Part shown: one piece after another, positions 10,801-22,099 of the stretch | Numbering within the stretch: position 1 is the first letter of the stretch | How the letters are laid out: each line of letters begins with the position of its first letter | Origin: Takakia lepidozioides | Lineage: Eukaryota > Plantae > Bryophyta | Length of the DNA stretch: 64,000 bases | Direction of reading: 5' to 3' | NCBI GenBank assembly: GCA_030704615.1 | Contig: CM060731.1 | Coordinates: forward strand, 73,346,001 to 73,410,000 | Notes under the pieces: model-generated | The model's input: the letters and a program-made list of their open reading frames with translations, nothing else | What the model was told of the DNA's origin: nothing | Database searches by the model: none | Position numbers and translations under genes: made by a program

Positions 10801-12975
10801 GAGTCTGAGAAAGATCTGCACGCCTTGGCAGAAGAGAAGAGAAAGGAAAGACGTGTCCCTGCTGGGCCAAAGTCGGCAAAGGAATCTGCTGCTCTGGAAG
10901 AATCCAGAAAGGCAGCTGAGATGGCACAAAAGACGGTGGATGCAGCTGTGCAGGCCCAACAGAAGGGGTCGAAGAAGAGGACTCGCCAGCAAGGAGCAGC
11001 TGTTGTGACACCCGCCAAAACGAAGAAGCAGAAACAGCCTGTTCAGGAAGAGGGTGAGGAAGAGGACTCCGATGGAGACTTTGCAACCAGCCCACCCCCC
11101 CAAACGCAGGCTGCCTCCCCTGTGCCCACCGTTGTCACGAGAGGCACGAGAACTGGCTCGGCAAAGAAGGCACTCTTCAACCCCCAGGGGGGCACCCTTT
11201 CGAGCCGGTGGAAATGAAGAGGCCGAAAGTGGCTCCCAAAACTGTAGTCCAGTGTGTAAATGAGAGTTTCTTGGCGGCTTTGGATGGACGGGCAGCCAAG
11301 TTGGCATACATGAAGACCATGGAGGGTCTGAAGGGCAGAGCACTGAAGAAGGCGACTGCCGAAGAGCCTTCCGACACCCCAGGATTTCAGAATATGGTCT
11401 CGTTCTTTGAGAGGGTGTGTGCAGACAAGGATTGTAGGAGGGGCGGAAATGCCACCGAGTGGTCTTGCGATATGATCATCTTGGATATTCCGGACGGAGA
11501 GCCTGTGGAAGGACTGCAAGCTTTGCCATCTTGGAACAGGTACTCGGAGGACTTTTGGAAGAAAGGATTCGGGCTTGCCCGCATGGTGTTGGACGACAGA
11601 GGCTGTGTGGTTGTCCTGGCGAGCAGAGGAAAAAACACTCAGACAGGAATTGCGAAGTGGACCCGCAAGAGCGCCGTCCCGATTCTGAAAAAGAAGTGGA
11701 CGTGCATCAACACACTGGGCCTTCGGTCGGAAGGGAAGAAGGTGATTACGACACTGGCACTCGTCCATTCATTTGCTTGGGTGTTTTCAAATGCGGTGCC
11801 GCATTCGGTTTCTAATCGTTTTCCCCCTGTGTATGCAGACGAAGCAGTTCGATGCATACTGCTTTGTGAAGGAGAACTCCACCTTTGCTTTCCGGAAGGA
11901 GGGAGGAAAGGTTGACCCGAACTGCGACCCACTCGATTACGACGTTCTGTTCAACAACGTTCCCAAGGAACTTCTCCCTCATAGCCTCACTTCAACGGAA
12001 CCCCTGCGGTACTCACGGACTCGGAGCCCTGCCTTCATTCAGACAATTATGGAGACATGCACAGACGTGGAGGGCACAGTGCTCGACCTCATCTGTGGGA
12101 CAGGTATGCAGAATCTTGATCTATGCTGTTCTGCAAATTCTCGTTAGGATGTAGTTCGCAACATCTGAAGCGCCATGTGGTAATGTGTGGATGGCATTGT
12201 AACAGGTGCCTCAATGTGGGCTGGGCGGTTTTCCGACCGGCACCTCTTTGCCTACGAGGAGGATTCATCCGTGTGGGGATCCCATCTGGAGGGGCTGCAA
12301 CGGAATGTGAAGGCTCCCGACAGAGCGGAAGTCTCCTCGGATTCGTCGGAGTCCGAGGAAGACACAGTGGACATTGATGCGGAGGAGAACCCGGAATACG
12401 AGTGAGTGCAAACATTGTAAGTTTGCAAAGCCTTCTGGGTCATTTATGTCAAACGAATTTCCCGACTGTGGTTCTCATTAGTCTCGTTGATGATTGTCAT
12501 GTGCAGGATTGCAGGGTCCGGGTCGAAACATGTAGGGCCTACACTTCCTGCCAGGAAGAATGTCCCGTTCTTTGCGAGGGCCGACTTCATGACGAGCCCG
12601 GTGAGGGACTACTCCCTTCCTAGTTATGCAGCTAAACTCGCAAATACAGCGATTAGAAGAAGTGAGAATCCCAGTAAAGTAGAGCAGATTTTGGAGAGGG
12701 CTAGGGAGGACAGAAGGATAAGGAAAGAGTTGGCAGCAGCTCAGACAGGTAGACGGGTACGAAAGTACATATGTGATTCAGCGGATGAGAGCGACGCAGA
12801 CAGGGAGGAAGACGACCCAACGGAGGTGAGATGGACAGTTCCGCAAGGGGAAGATGGGATTTTTGAAAGCCTGGCCAACGAGCAGTCCGCTGGAGATGAG
12901 AGAGGCACTGAGGGGGTGGAGGAGGAGCAGGACAGTCTAGAACAGGATGAGGATTCGGATGATTTTCAAGATTAA
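7854..12975 (+). CDS. Multi-exon cargo gene: disordered N-terminus + ParB/Srx-like domain + helical region + beta-class N6A/N4C DNA methyltransferase-like domain + acidic tail (1-bp indels in this copy)
   Basis: IPLCRM...VRQAL...KLKFAF..EGY...FYV...FFVWDGNHRLLAW (ParB-like). MIILDIPDG (motif IV-like), then RSPAFIQTIMETCTDVEGTVLDLICGTG|ASMWAGRFSDRHLFAYEED (motifs X-I-II in beta order). GT-AG introns. Frameshifts near 8459, 9410 and 11185 are absent in copy 2. Confidence 0.8.
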
Positions 12976-13111
12976 TAGAATTTTAATGAAGTCTCTGTAA
13001 ATGTAAATTCTCTTCCAGAGTATATAAAGGAAATTCTGCCCGACATTCGTGACCCCTCTCCAGTGTGCATTCCAGCCACACAATCGCCCAAACCACGACG
13101 CTCCCAAAATC

Positions 13112-13792
13112 AGAAATGGGGCACCGCATTTCCAAAACAGGGGAGGGACTAAATTTTCCATTTCAATGTTGGCATAGTAAAAAGTAATCTGAATTGGAAA
13201 TGCGGTGCCGCATTTCATAAATTTCCTTTGTCCACACGCCAGTTTTGGCCTCTCCCGCTCATTGCATGGATGCCACCACGCTTACAGAGGTCGAACAACG
13301 AGGTCGAACAAGGAGGTCGACATGGCGGGATTGAAAATGCGGTGCCGCATTTCAGTATTGGGGATGGTCGTTGTTCGAACTGCAGGCCCATCAGCAAAAA
13401 ATTGGCACCGCATTCCATTGTTAAAAAAAAGTCGATGACGGACATGGAAATGCGGCGCCGCATTTCCAGAACGGACATCGCAATTTGTCCATTTGCAGAC
13501 CCTCTCTCGGAAATGCGGTAACGCATTCCATCGCGCTGGTCGGAAATGTCACACTTTTCGAAGTGTTGTACGGAAATGCGGCACCGCATTCCCTTGTCCA
13601 AAAAGAAGTTTCCATTGCCAAGCTGGAAATGCGTCGCCGCATTTGCAATGCCAACCTCGTTTTCTGATCAATTTATAGACCCGTGTTGGTATTTCGTGTA
13701 CCTGGACGGAAATGATGCACCGCATTTTCTTGTCGGACATGGAAATGCGGCACCGCATTTCGATCCGACATGGAAATGCGGCGCCGCATTTC
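13112..13792. repeat. Second, less regular cluster (~11 copies) of the same 22-bp palindrome
   Basis: Copies at ~13112, 13196, 13334, 13446, 13509, 13572, 13625, 13707, 13741, 13772, plus a degenerate one near 13400. Confidence 0.9.
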
Positions 13793-14049
13793 AATGTCCG
13801 ACATGGCGTTACTCTGGTATATTCTTGACACATGACTCGCATACCGGTTACTCTGCTATATTCATCCGGACAGACACATTGTAGAAATGAGACATCAAAT
13901 TGTAAACAGTGGGCCAATTCCGACAGTTATTCAACACAATGAAACACAATCATATAGAAGTGAGGTACGATGGGTTTATTGATCGGACACGATGTCTCTC
14001 ATTTACCAACTGCAGACAAAACTAAGCCCTTCCTCCTTCTACATGGGCT

Positions 14050-14628
14050 TCACCAAGTCGACGGAACTTCGATACCCCTCAAAACAAGCTCATCACTGTT
14101 GCGGCACCTCGAGGTAAACTGCAATTCGGTCGTTCTGCTGCCCTTGCTGGAGCCGACGACAATGTCATGTCCATCAATGATACCACCATCATACATTGAC
14201 AAGGTCACTGTGGGCCTCATGTGCCCTTGCGATTCGTCTTCGCAACGCAGCCGAATGTCTCCATACACTGGAAGAGCGGAGTGATCTGCACGTATATAGT
14301 TTTCCCCGGTGCCGTCCTCCCTGGTCCACTGGCAGCAGTTCCAGCGCCAAAGCGAGGCCGTGCGTGATCTATCCGGCATCCCTTTCCAGCTTGGTATATC
14401 GAGGTCAACAATTTTCAGGACCCACGGACCGCATTGACCCTCGCCCTCACCTCGCTCAAAGCGGTAATAGCCCTCCAGATACTCCATTGCGCGCAAAGAC
14501 TCTTGCTTGATTCCAGCAGCGTCTGTGAAAACAGAGAGCCAGACAATGATGTCTCCTGATTCTGGTTTGAACATAGCATAATCGTGGCCATGATAAGGGC
14601 AGTCGGCTGGATTTCGGCGGCACGGCAT
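14050..14628 (-). CDS. Orphan ~192-aa intronless cargo protein (paralog B)
   Basis: ORF MPCRRNPADCPY...; co-linear with paralog A (SGDIIVW, RWNCC.WT, YGDIR, DGG.I.G.DIVV, ELVLR..EVP). Open in copy 2. Confidence 0.75.
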   Translation of the reverse strand: MPCRRNPADCPYHGHDYAMFKPESGDIIVWLSVFTDAAGIKQESLRAMEYLEGYYRFERGEGEGQCGPWVLKIVDLDIPSWKGMPDRSRTASLWRWNCCQWTREDGTGENYIRADHSALPVYGDIRLRCEDESQGHMRPTVTLSMYDGGIIDGHDIVVGSSKGSRTTELQFTSRCRNSDELVLRGIEVPSTW

Positions 14629-15170
14629 CCTTGAAAAAGAGTAGCGGAGTACGCTCAATGACAGCAGCTCCCGGATGGAGGAGGAGCAGCGCGGTGGCTG
14701 GAAAAAGTTCAAGCTAACGCTGCAATTCCTCACAAACACTCCAGGGCACACTTAAATCCCCCCCCTACAGGATCCTGGACCGATGAAGATTGGCTGCTGC
14801 ATGAATGTAGCCGTTTCAGTTTCCTACCCTGCCATGCAAACTATGGGCAGTCACTGCCAGGTGGGCCGATAGCCACTGGACACGACGAAGTCCATCCCCT
14901 CTTCGATGTAAATGCGGCGCCGAATTTCCATCCGGGGGGATGGACTTCGGTGGCAGATCTCAAACTATAACTTGTTGATGAGAAAGATGTATGGCTTCAT
15001 CCACCGCTGGCGTGATGAACACGTTCCACCTCCGTCGGTGGGTACGTGTGACCCAGATGCTCCATTATTGGAGGCCGGACTGCTCTTCCGCTTCGTATCA
15101 TTTCCAAAATCTAAGGGCTTCCCGCAAGGTCATCGGCATCCAAGTCGTCCTCAGGTCCTCCTTTGCAAGG

Positions 15171-15734
15171 ATGCCGTGCTTCCGGAACCGGGACGACTGC
15201 CCCTTTGGAGGCATCGATTATGCAATGTATTCGGCCACATCGGGAGACATTGTTATCTGGTACACAGATTACACAGAAGATACTGGTTCGATTGTGGAAA
15301 CATTGGTGGCTTTTGAGTATATCGTAGGCCACTATGCCTTCGAGCGGGGTGACGATCTTGGTCTGAGGAGTCCGTGGCTCCTGCGCATCCTCGATTCCGA
15401 TTTTCCCAGCTACGACGGTCACCCATGCAGAAGAAGGCGCACTGCTATGCTGTTGCGGTGGAACTGCTGCCACTGGACGTGGGTGGACTCCATCGGAGAG
15501 ACCTATTCTCCTCGAGGAGTGCGCTCCTCTTCTCCATTGTATGGGGACATTCGCATTGGTGTGGACGACGAAAACGTGAAGATTTCCATATTCGATGGTG
15601 GTATGATTGAAGGGCAGGACATTGTGGTGAACATCACTAGGGGCGGTACAACGGCTGCAATCGACTTTACATGGAGGAGCCCCATGACTCATGAGCTAGT
15701 TCTGAGAGCAGTCGAAGTCCCATTGACAACGTGA
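15171..15734 (+). CDS. Orphan ~187-aa intronless cargo protein (paralog A), divergently oriented to paralog B
   Basis: ORF MPCFRNRDDCPF...; shares the motifs listed for paralog B. Open in copy 2. Confidence 0.75.
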   Translation: MPCFRNRDDCPFGGIDYAMYSATSGDIVIWYTDYTEDTGSIVETLVAFEYIVGHYAFERGDDLGLRSPWLLRILDSDFPSYDGHPCRRRRTAMLLRWNCCHWTWVDSIGETYSPRGVRSSSPLYGDIRIGVDDENVKISIFDGGMIEGQDIVVNITRGGTTAAIDFTWRSPMTHELVLRAVEVPLTT

Positions 15735-16114
15735 CTTGTATTCAGTAGGCACATGGCTAAAGATTTGATGGCACAATCAGCACAGTAGACGTGCTTCAAA
15801 TGCAATTCATGTGGATCAATAAAAACCTCATTGTGCCCTCTTTTTATTCTATTCTGTGTCCATCGTTCCGAGAATGCGTCATTGCTCATTTCGTTTGGGA
15901 TTGGGAGTGTGGGTGAATTTTGCAAATGGCTGGTAGGCTGAAATGGGCCCCCATTGTACAGAGCAGTACCACCCTACCATTCGCGAAACATTGCCTTTCA
16001 ATATATAATTCTAAATAACATTGCCGAACCTCCTTCATCGGGAGGTCCTTCTCCCCCTATGACTGTGGCACCCTAAACCCTATTCCCGCGGACACTCATT
16101 TCCGGAAAATAGTG

Positions 16115-16197
16115 CTGCTCATGTTTTTTTCCACACTTACGACTCTGCTCATGGCTCATGCCGCTCATGGCTCATGGCTCATGAAATAGCAGCCCCC
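16115..16197. repeat. Right TIR and subterminal GCTCATG heptamers of MULE copy 1
   Basis: gctcatg repeats followed by ...GAAATAGCAGCCCCC. Confidence 0.9.
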
Positions 16198-18500
16198 CCG
16201 TAAAAGTGTAGTTTTCAGCAAAGTCAACAACATTCTCTGGCAAAGATTTCAAACTGGCTTTAAACTGAGCATCTTGCCATCGGACTACAAAGTTATGACG
16301 AACAAAAGCCCGTAGCTTGGGTTTGAAGTACAACAAGAATTCAACAGAGGAAGTCGTTTGGTATTGGAGTTTCAGTCTCATTCTAGGGGCTCCATCTTTC
16401 TCCCCAACATTCTCTTTTGCATAGCATCTCCACTGCACTGTCAAATCACAACCATTTGCCTCCACGGGACAAATAGATAACTTACTTGAGCCACACCTCA
16501 AGCACTCTCCCATGAGACAGTCTCGCCGATGCCATTCATCCAATTCCCCTTTGGGACAAACAATTTCTTGCCAAAGCCAAGTCACTCCTTTGTAGGGGTG
16601 CTTGTTCGCTTGACAACCAGCTTCACCATCTTATACTGGTCCAAGTCGACAAATATTACAGTCACAAGTACATGATGATGGAGAGTGGACACCCCTCTCA
16701 GCAGTCCGCATGTTGTTGAACCCATCCTTCAACTCCGCCATCTCCACATGATATTTGCAGCAACAAACATTACGATCCTTCAGGCGTTTGACAAAGAATG
16801 GCCTCAACAACTCAAACAATCGTTGACCCACTTTGACATTGGGATGGGCTGATTTGAAGCGAAGAAAGAAAGTAGTCTGCATTGCCACCACAACATGCAC
16901 AAAGAGAATCCCATTTAGTGCATGCACTAAGAATACCTACTACTAGACCTAGACCAGTCCTAGACCTAGTCTTAGTCATAGTCCTTTCTCATCACATGTC
17001 AAATTTTACAAGTACTAATCAGTCCTAGTAGTCCTAGACCTAGTCCTTCCTAGTCACATATGAAGTAGTACATGTACTAATCAGTTCGAGTGTGAGTCCT
17101 TTCTAGTCACATATCAAGGAATGCATGTACTAATCAGTCCTAGTCCTAGTCCTAGTCACATACCAATGAATGCATGTCCTAATCAGTCCTAGTCCTACTT
17201 CTTTCTAGTCACATATCAAGGAATGCATGTCCAAATCGGTCCTAGTCCTAGTCATTGTCCTTTTCTAGTCACATTTCAAGGAGTGCATGTACTAATGGAG
17301 TACATGTACATCGACTTCTAGTCCCTCCAAATCAAATTACATGGAGTGCATGCTATTTTGTTCTATCTAGTCATTATATAAGGAGTGCATGCTAGTGAGT
17401 CGTACTTCTAGTCCATCCCAGGCCTGTTTACAATGAGTACCAGTCCATGAACAAGAGGGACATCTTCAAGACACTCCAATTCAGGACATGAGCTGGACAT
17501 AGTGTCCACAATTGAGTACAGTAATCTCAGTCCACTGGTAGGTCTACAGGTGATGATGTACTTTGTCTAGGGAAAATGTACAAGGCAACCCAAACAACAC
17601 AATGGCAGTTGACAAACTCCAACATAGTCCAATACAGTTATGTACAGTAGCAAGTGTAGAAGGATTGTAAAGTACTAAGAGTCCACACAAACACTGTAAA
17701 GAGAGGGTTCGCTTACCTGAGTCTCAAGAAGATAGTGAGCAGGTTGTGTATCATAGACTTTCCTCGATACGCGCTGCCTCACGACATCTTTCTTGTTGGG
17801 TGACACTCGTGTCTCATTTACCCACCAAGCCAAAACGATCGCTCGGGTCGCATCTGGTACATGATCAGACCTTTTCTTTCTCCCACCCAAAGCCCACAAA
17901 CCCTCACCTTCTGAATCAATGACTCTTCGTCGTACAATTGCACGACTAATATTGCTATGATGAATATTAAGAATACGAGCCGTTGCCCTCACAGCAGTGG
18001 TCTGGGTTCCACTAACAGACGCTGTTAAGAATGAGCGTTTACTCGCAAGCTCATCTAAAGACTGCACACCCTTAACAAGTTGCATGGAGCTCTGCTGGTT
18101 CTTCAACAGATCTGCATGCGCCTTGGCCTCCTTAGGCGGCAAGTAATAGGCAGGTAAGCTGAGTTTAATGAGATGGTGACCCAAAAATAACTCCATTACC
18201 TCTGTTTGTGAATGAAGTGTTGGACATTCCCTCAATTGCTTGTAACAGAAGTCGACCATTTTCAAAGCTATTCTCCTCTTGTCTCGTTCTCCAAACCCCA
18301 CCCTGGCATCTTCCACAGAACCTTGCCCAGACGTTGTAGTAGCCGCATTAATCTCTGCCTCTTTTTGGGCTTGAAGTCTCTCCCTATACATTCTTTTCTG
18401 GTCAGCGTGGGTTTGTTTGCGTGCATCCTCGGTGGGCCTGGCTGCAGCCAACAAAGCCGTTTTGCTCTTTTTTGGGGGCCTGGTCTTACCTGTTCCCCAT
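16198..18500 (-). pseudogene. Sola-like DDE transposase pseudogene, interrupted by MULE copy 1 and a probable LTR
   Basis: RVSPNKKDVV...LLETQ|intron|F...HPNVKVGQRLF..LRPFFV...RNVCCCKYH...CLMGEC..CG...HNF..RWQ..QFK...VVDFAENYTF. The DFxENY motif is typical of Sola2-like transposases. In-frame stop at ~16631. Start coordinate approximate. Confidence 0.65.
16940..17420. repeat. Intronic minisatellite (CCTAGT-rich, ~55-60-bp degenerate units) in the Sola-like gene
   Basis: Repeated tactaatcagtcctagtcctagt...ctagtcacatatcaaggaatgcatg. Confidence 0.85.
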
Positions 18501-21500
18501 TGAAAACTGATACAACTGTTAGCACAATATAGAGATCGGAAACCAGACAACAGTTTGCTTAAGTGTGTTGTTTTGCAGGCCATGTTTTCATACAACTGAA
18601 TTGGACTGGGACAACCATTGGTAAGAATATCAACACTTTCGGTTCTGTTGCACCAATTTACACCAAGTAGGAAAATCTGCAATGAATATGACAACAAATG
18701 GGAGAGCCCCCACCTTTACTTGTTATGTAATCAGCCACAAACCCAATGCTTCCACGATTTACTTCACCTTTCCTATTATTCTCTCGCCCTTGTCGTCCGG
18801 ACTGTGGACAAAATCAGAATGTCGACTTCACGTCCTTGAAACCCATCCACAGTATTGAACTCAATGTCACATGCTGCACCAGAACCTAGTGCACGAATAA
18901 AGCGATTCTAAAGCAGTAATAGCTGCTGCTTGTACAGTGTAATTATTATCCCAAAGCGCCCTGGCCTCACCTCAGCTGAATACCTGGTAAAATTCCACCA
19001 AACGCAACAGCAGCAAAGAACGCATATCATCAGCAGGAAAATCGCAGCACCAGTCATATTCGTAACCGCGACTGAGCTTACAAAGGCCGTTGCTATGTAA
19101 CGTACAAGACAAATCAATCAAATATGTGAGCAAGACATGGCACAATGACACAATACCATGAAATGAAATGAAAAACAATGGGGAGACATTGATGATAAAC
19201 AACCAGGTTAAATTTCAGAACCATGTCAATTTGAGTAAGTCTCACCCCATGCGGCATGGACCAATACAAGTAACGTAAACCATGTCAATGAGAGTATCAA
19301 CTTCTAGAATGAGGGTTGAACTCCGTTAGCACAAGACGATGTCGGTCGACGTACTTATGATGAAAATATTTTGAGGAAAGTCATTTCCCAAAATCACGAT
19401 ATTTTGACAAGGTTGGAGGGACCATTTTCAAATCTGTATTCTTCCGTTGTTCCGAAGGTTTTCGTCAGCAGAAGATGGAAGAAGTCCCTGAAATGTTGTC
19501 TCGAGAATCGTTGATATGGTGATGACCTCACAAAAAATATCCTCCAATATTACACCAACCAACAATGTCTTGTGCGACCGAAGTTCAGCTGTACTTCTCG
19601 AAGAATTGGTGGTCTTGCAGACTTTCAGTGAATCGTGAAGATGATGAATTACTCGTATGCTCTTCAAAACATAATTAATGTCCAAGTAACTAACCCTGGA
19701 GTAAGATGTTGAACGTATCCAATTGGGGAGTAAGTATGCTGCTCGTATGCTTCTGGAGGGTGGGCGAGTACGTTGATGGAGAGAGTGACATTTTCTGCGA
19801 AATCTTCAAGGAAATAGTGTTGGGTGACCAGTCGAGGTTCATCTGTGACGGGCTGTGGTACTTCTGACGATTTATTGTAACGCACTCGTAAACTGATCAC
19901 CAACTAAATAATCTCCAACTGACTAACCACCAACTAACTGATTGGAGCTGTCACAAACAATGTCAAAAATCCTATTTACTGCTAGGTGTTTGATGCTATT
20001 GTTGTTCTTGTAGTTGAATTGTATAGTAGTCGTTTTGCTATTCCCATGCGAACAGTATCAGGTCCCCAGAGACTGACTCTCGTATCAGCCACGGCCCACC
20101 ATAATTGACCAATATAAAACCATCAGCTGCATATCAGCTAAGAACTAGATCTTCGATTCATTGTATGCAACTCCAGAGAAACACCCTAGCCCACAAGTGG
20201 TTGGCCAGCAGCTTGAGATATTTCTCCGGGCTGTGATTGAATGAACTGGAGATTTCATTCTTAGCTGATGGTTTCATGTAGGTGGTGCCTCATTCCGATT
20301 TCGGAATATGGCAGTCTCAGTGGACCTGATGTTGTTGGAATGGAAATAGCAAAAAGACTCCTATAGAAATCAGCTACATGAACATACGCATTATCAAGCA
20401 CCTTGAAGTACATATGATTGTTGAGAATGTTTGCACAGATTGTTAGCGACGGTGTTCCTCCTTTGGCGTCCAGTCCACATGAAAACGACGAGAATGTCGC
20501 TGGAGATTGACGTTCAATTACTGACATTCTGCCTCCTCGTAACACCATTTTGGTGTGCAATGATGGACATCAGAACAGGTCAGATCTTAGAAAAGCACGC
20601 GTGATCGTGCGATGTTAATCATTGGTGTTCCTCAAAAGAATAATGGATCTCCAAACAAAGGATATATGAACCAAATAAAACACCACGAGGATGCTGTCAA
20701 TTGTTGGAGATCGGATTATGCAAGCAGGGAGAATGACTTCAAACAACTTAAAGACTAGGATTATAAGATACTTGAACAATCCGCCAAAGAACAAGTGACA
20801 CCATCAGCCTCGATGATTTGAGTGCGTGTTCTGAAACACATCAATGAATCATCCAGGATGATGATGTGAAATATTCCGGGACGGATTATCCGAATACCTT
20901 GAGTTCCCTCATTGTAACTAACCTGAAGTAACTCACTATGTCTGCAGAATCATCACATCTTCAAATGACAACATTTTCATTGTTGAATGCGTGAGCATAG
21001 AAAAAACATCACTCCGACCAATCACATGTGGCACTGTTGAGGTAATATAACACTTTGGCAGTCGGCTGAAGAACCAGGACGATGCTGAATTCTGTTTTTC
21101 GAACCATGAGTGATCGCGCGACATATCTCTGCCTCTACCACCATTGGGAACCCCAAAGAGCCGAGTGCATCCAGATTTCAATCAACCACAGTGGTACCAT
21201 CAGTTCGTCAGGGAAGGAATTTCGAAGCCGCCAAAATTACTTCAATCCATTTGAAGAGAGATTTTAACAGAGCTTCACAATCCGCTAAGGAACAAATGAG
21301 ACAACCATCGTGGGAGCTTGAATTATGAGTTAGGAACCTGAAATCAGTCATAGACGATGATCGTCTCACTTGTTCCACATCGTAATATGAAAACATCGGA
21401 AAATTTCTTCTCCGCCAACCTCTTCCAGCCTCCAGCCTGATCTATTATTGCTTAAACTGACAATGAAGTCAACTTGTTTTGATAACATCTGATGGCACTG

Positions 21501-22099
21501 CTGATCCATGCTAGCTCCATAAGAGGATATATGAAGGAACCACGCACGATCGTGCGTGATTTCTCTCAAACTTCGATGACTAACATTACAGCCGAAAGGG
21601 TCTGGCATAACATTGACAGAGTTAAATAACGTATGTGTGTAATGAATAGGCCGGCCATAGTTTAATTCATCAATAACACATAGTTGCTTCCCAAATGGCT
21701 CACACTCAACGCATATGTTCGAGATCGCCGTCGGTTACCACTGATGGCGGAATTCTGTGCACCCGTGGAGATGGATACAGTGGGAGATTGATGTAAGATA
21801 TGACTAGACACCTCACTGGTAGCTATACTTGATGACCTTGACGAACATAAAGCCTCACGGTCCCTCCGCTCAGCCTTACGTTGCCGTTCCTCTTTCTTCT
21901 CCTGTCGAATTTGATTCTGAACTTGACACTGAAATATAATTGTGTGGAGGCAGCACAGAAGGGAATTGTTAAAGAAAATACAAAGATCATTGAGATATCA
22001 TTGATCTCACAATAGTCAAATGAAGTCAACAAACGTATAAGTACAAATGGAGGTTGAAGTAAAGCTGATGAACTACACACAAAATAGGGCAATGTTAAA

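Larger units (their letters stand above)
830..16197 (-). mobile_element. Mutator-like (MULE) DNA transposon, copy 1, ~15.4 kb, near complete
   Basis: TIRs GAGGTTTACTATTTCATGAGC (830-850) and its counterpart GCTCATGAAATAGCAGCCCCC (16177-16197). 9-bp TSD CCGTAAAAG at 821-829 and 16198-16206. Contains a MULE DDE transposase. Confidence 0.93.

Noticed and set aside
7854-12975. Bacterial or phage contamination as the source of the ParB-MTase genes
   Set aside because: The genes have multiple GT-AG introns shared between homologs and lie within a TSD-flanked eukaryotic transposon.
14654-15015. Possible third small ORF between the orphan paralogs (MEEEQRWLEK...)
   Set aside because: Open only in copy 2; stop or frameshift in copies 1 and 3; no recognisable motif.
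19311-19330. GAGGGTTGAACTCC as a possible terminus of the element carrying the second ParB-like gene
   Set aside because: No matching inverted end or TSD is visible; the other end may be in the gap.
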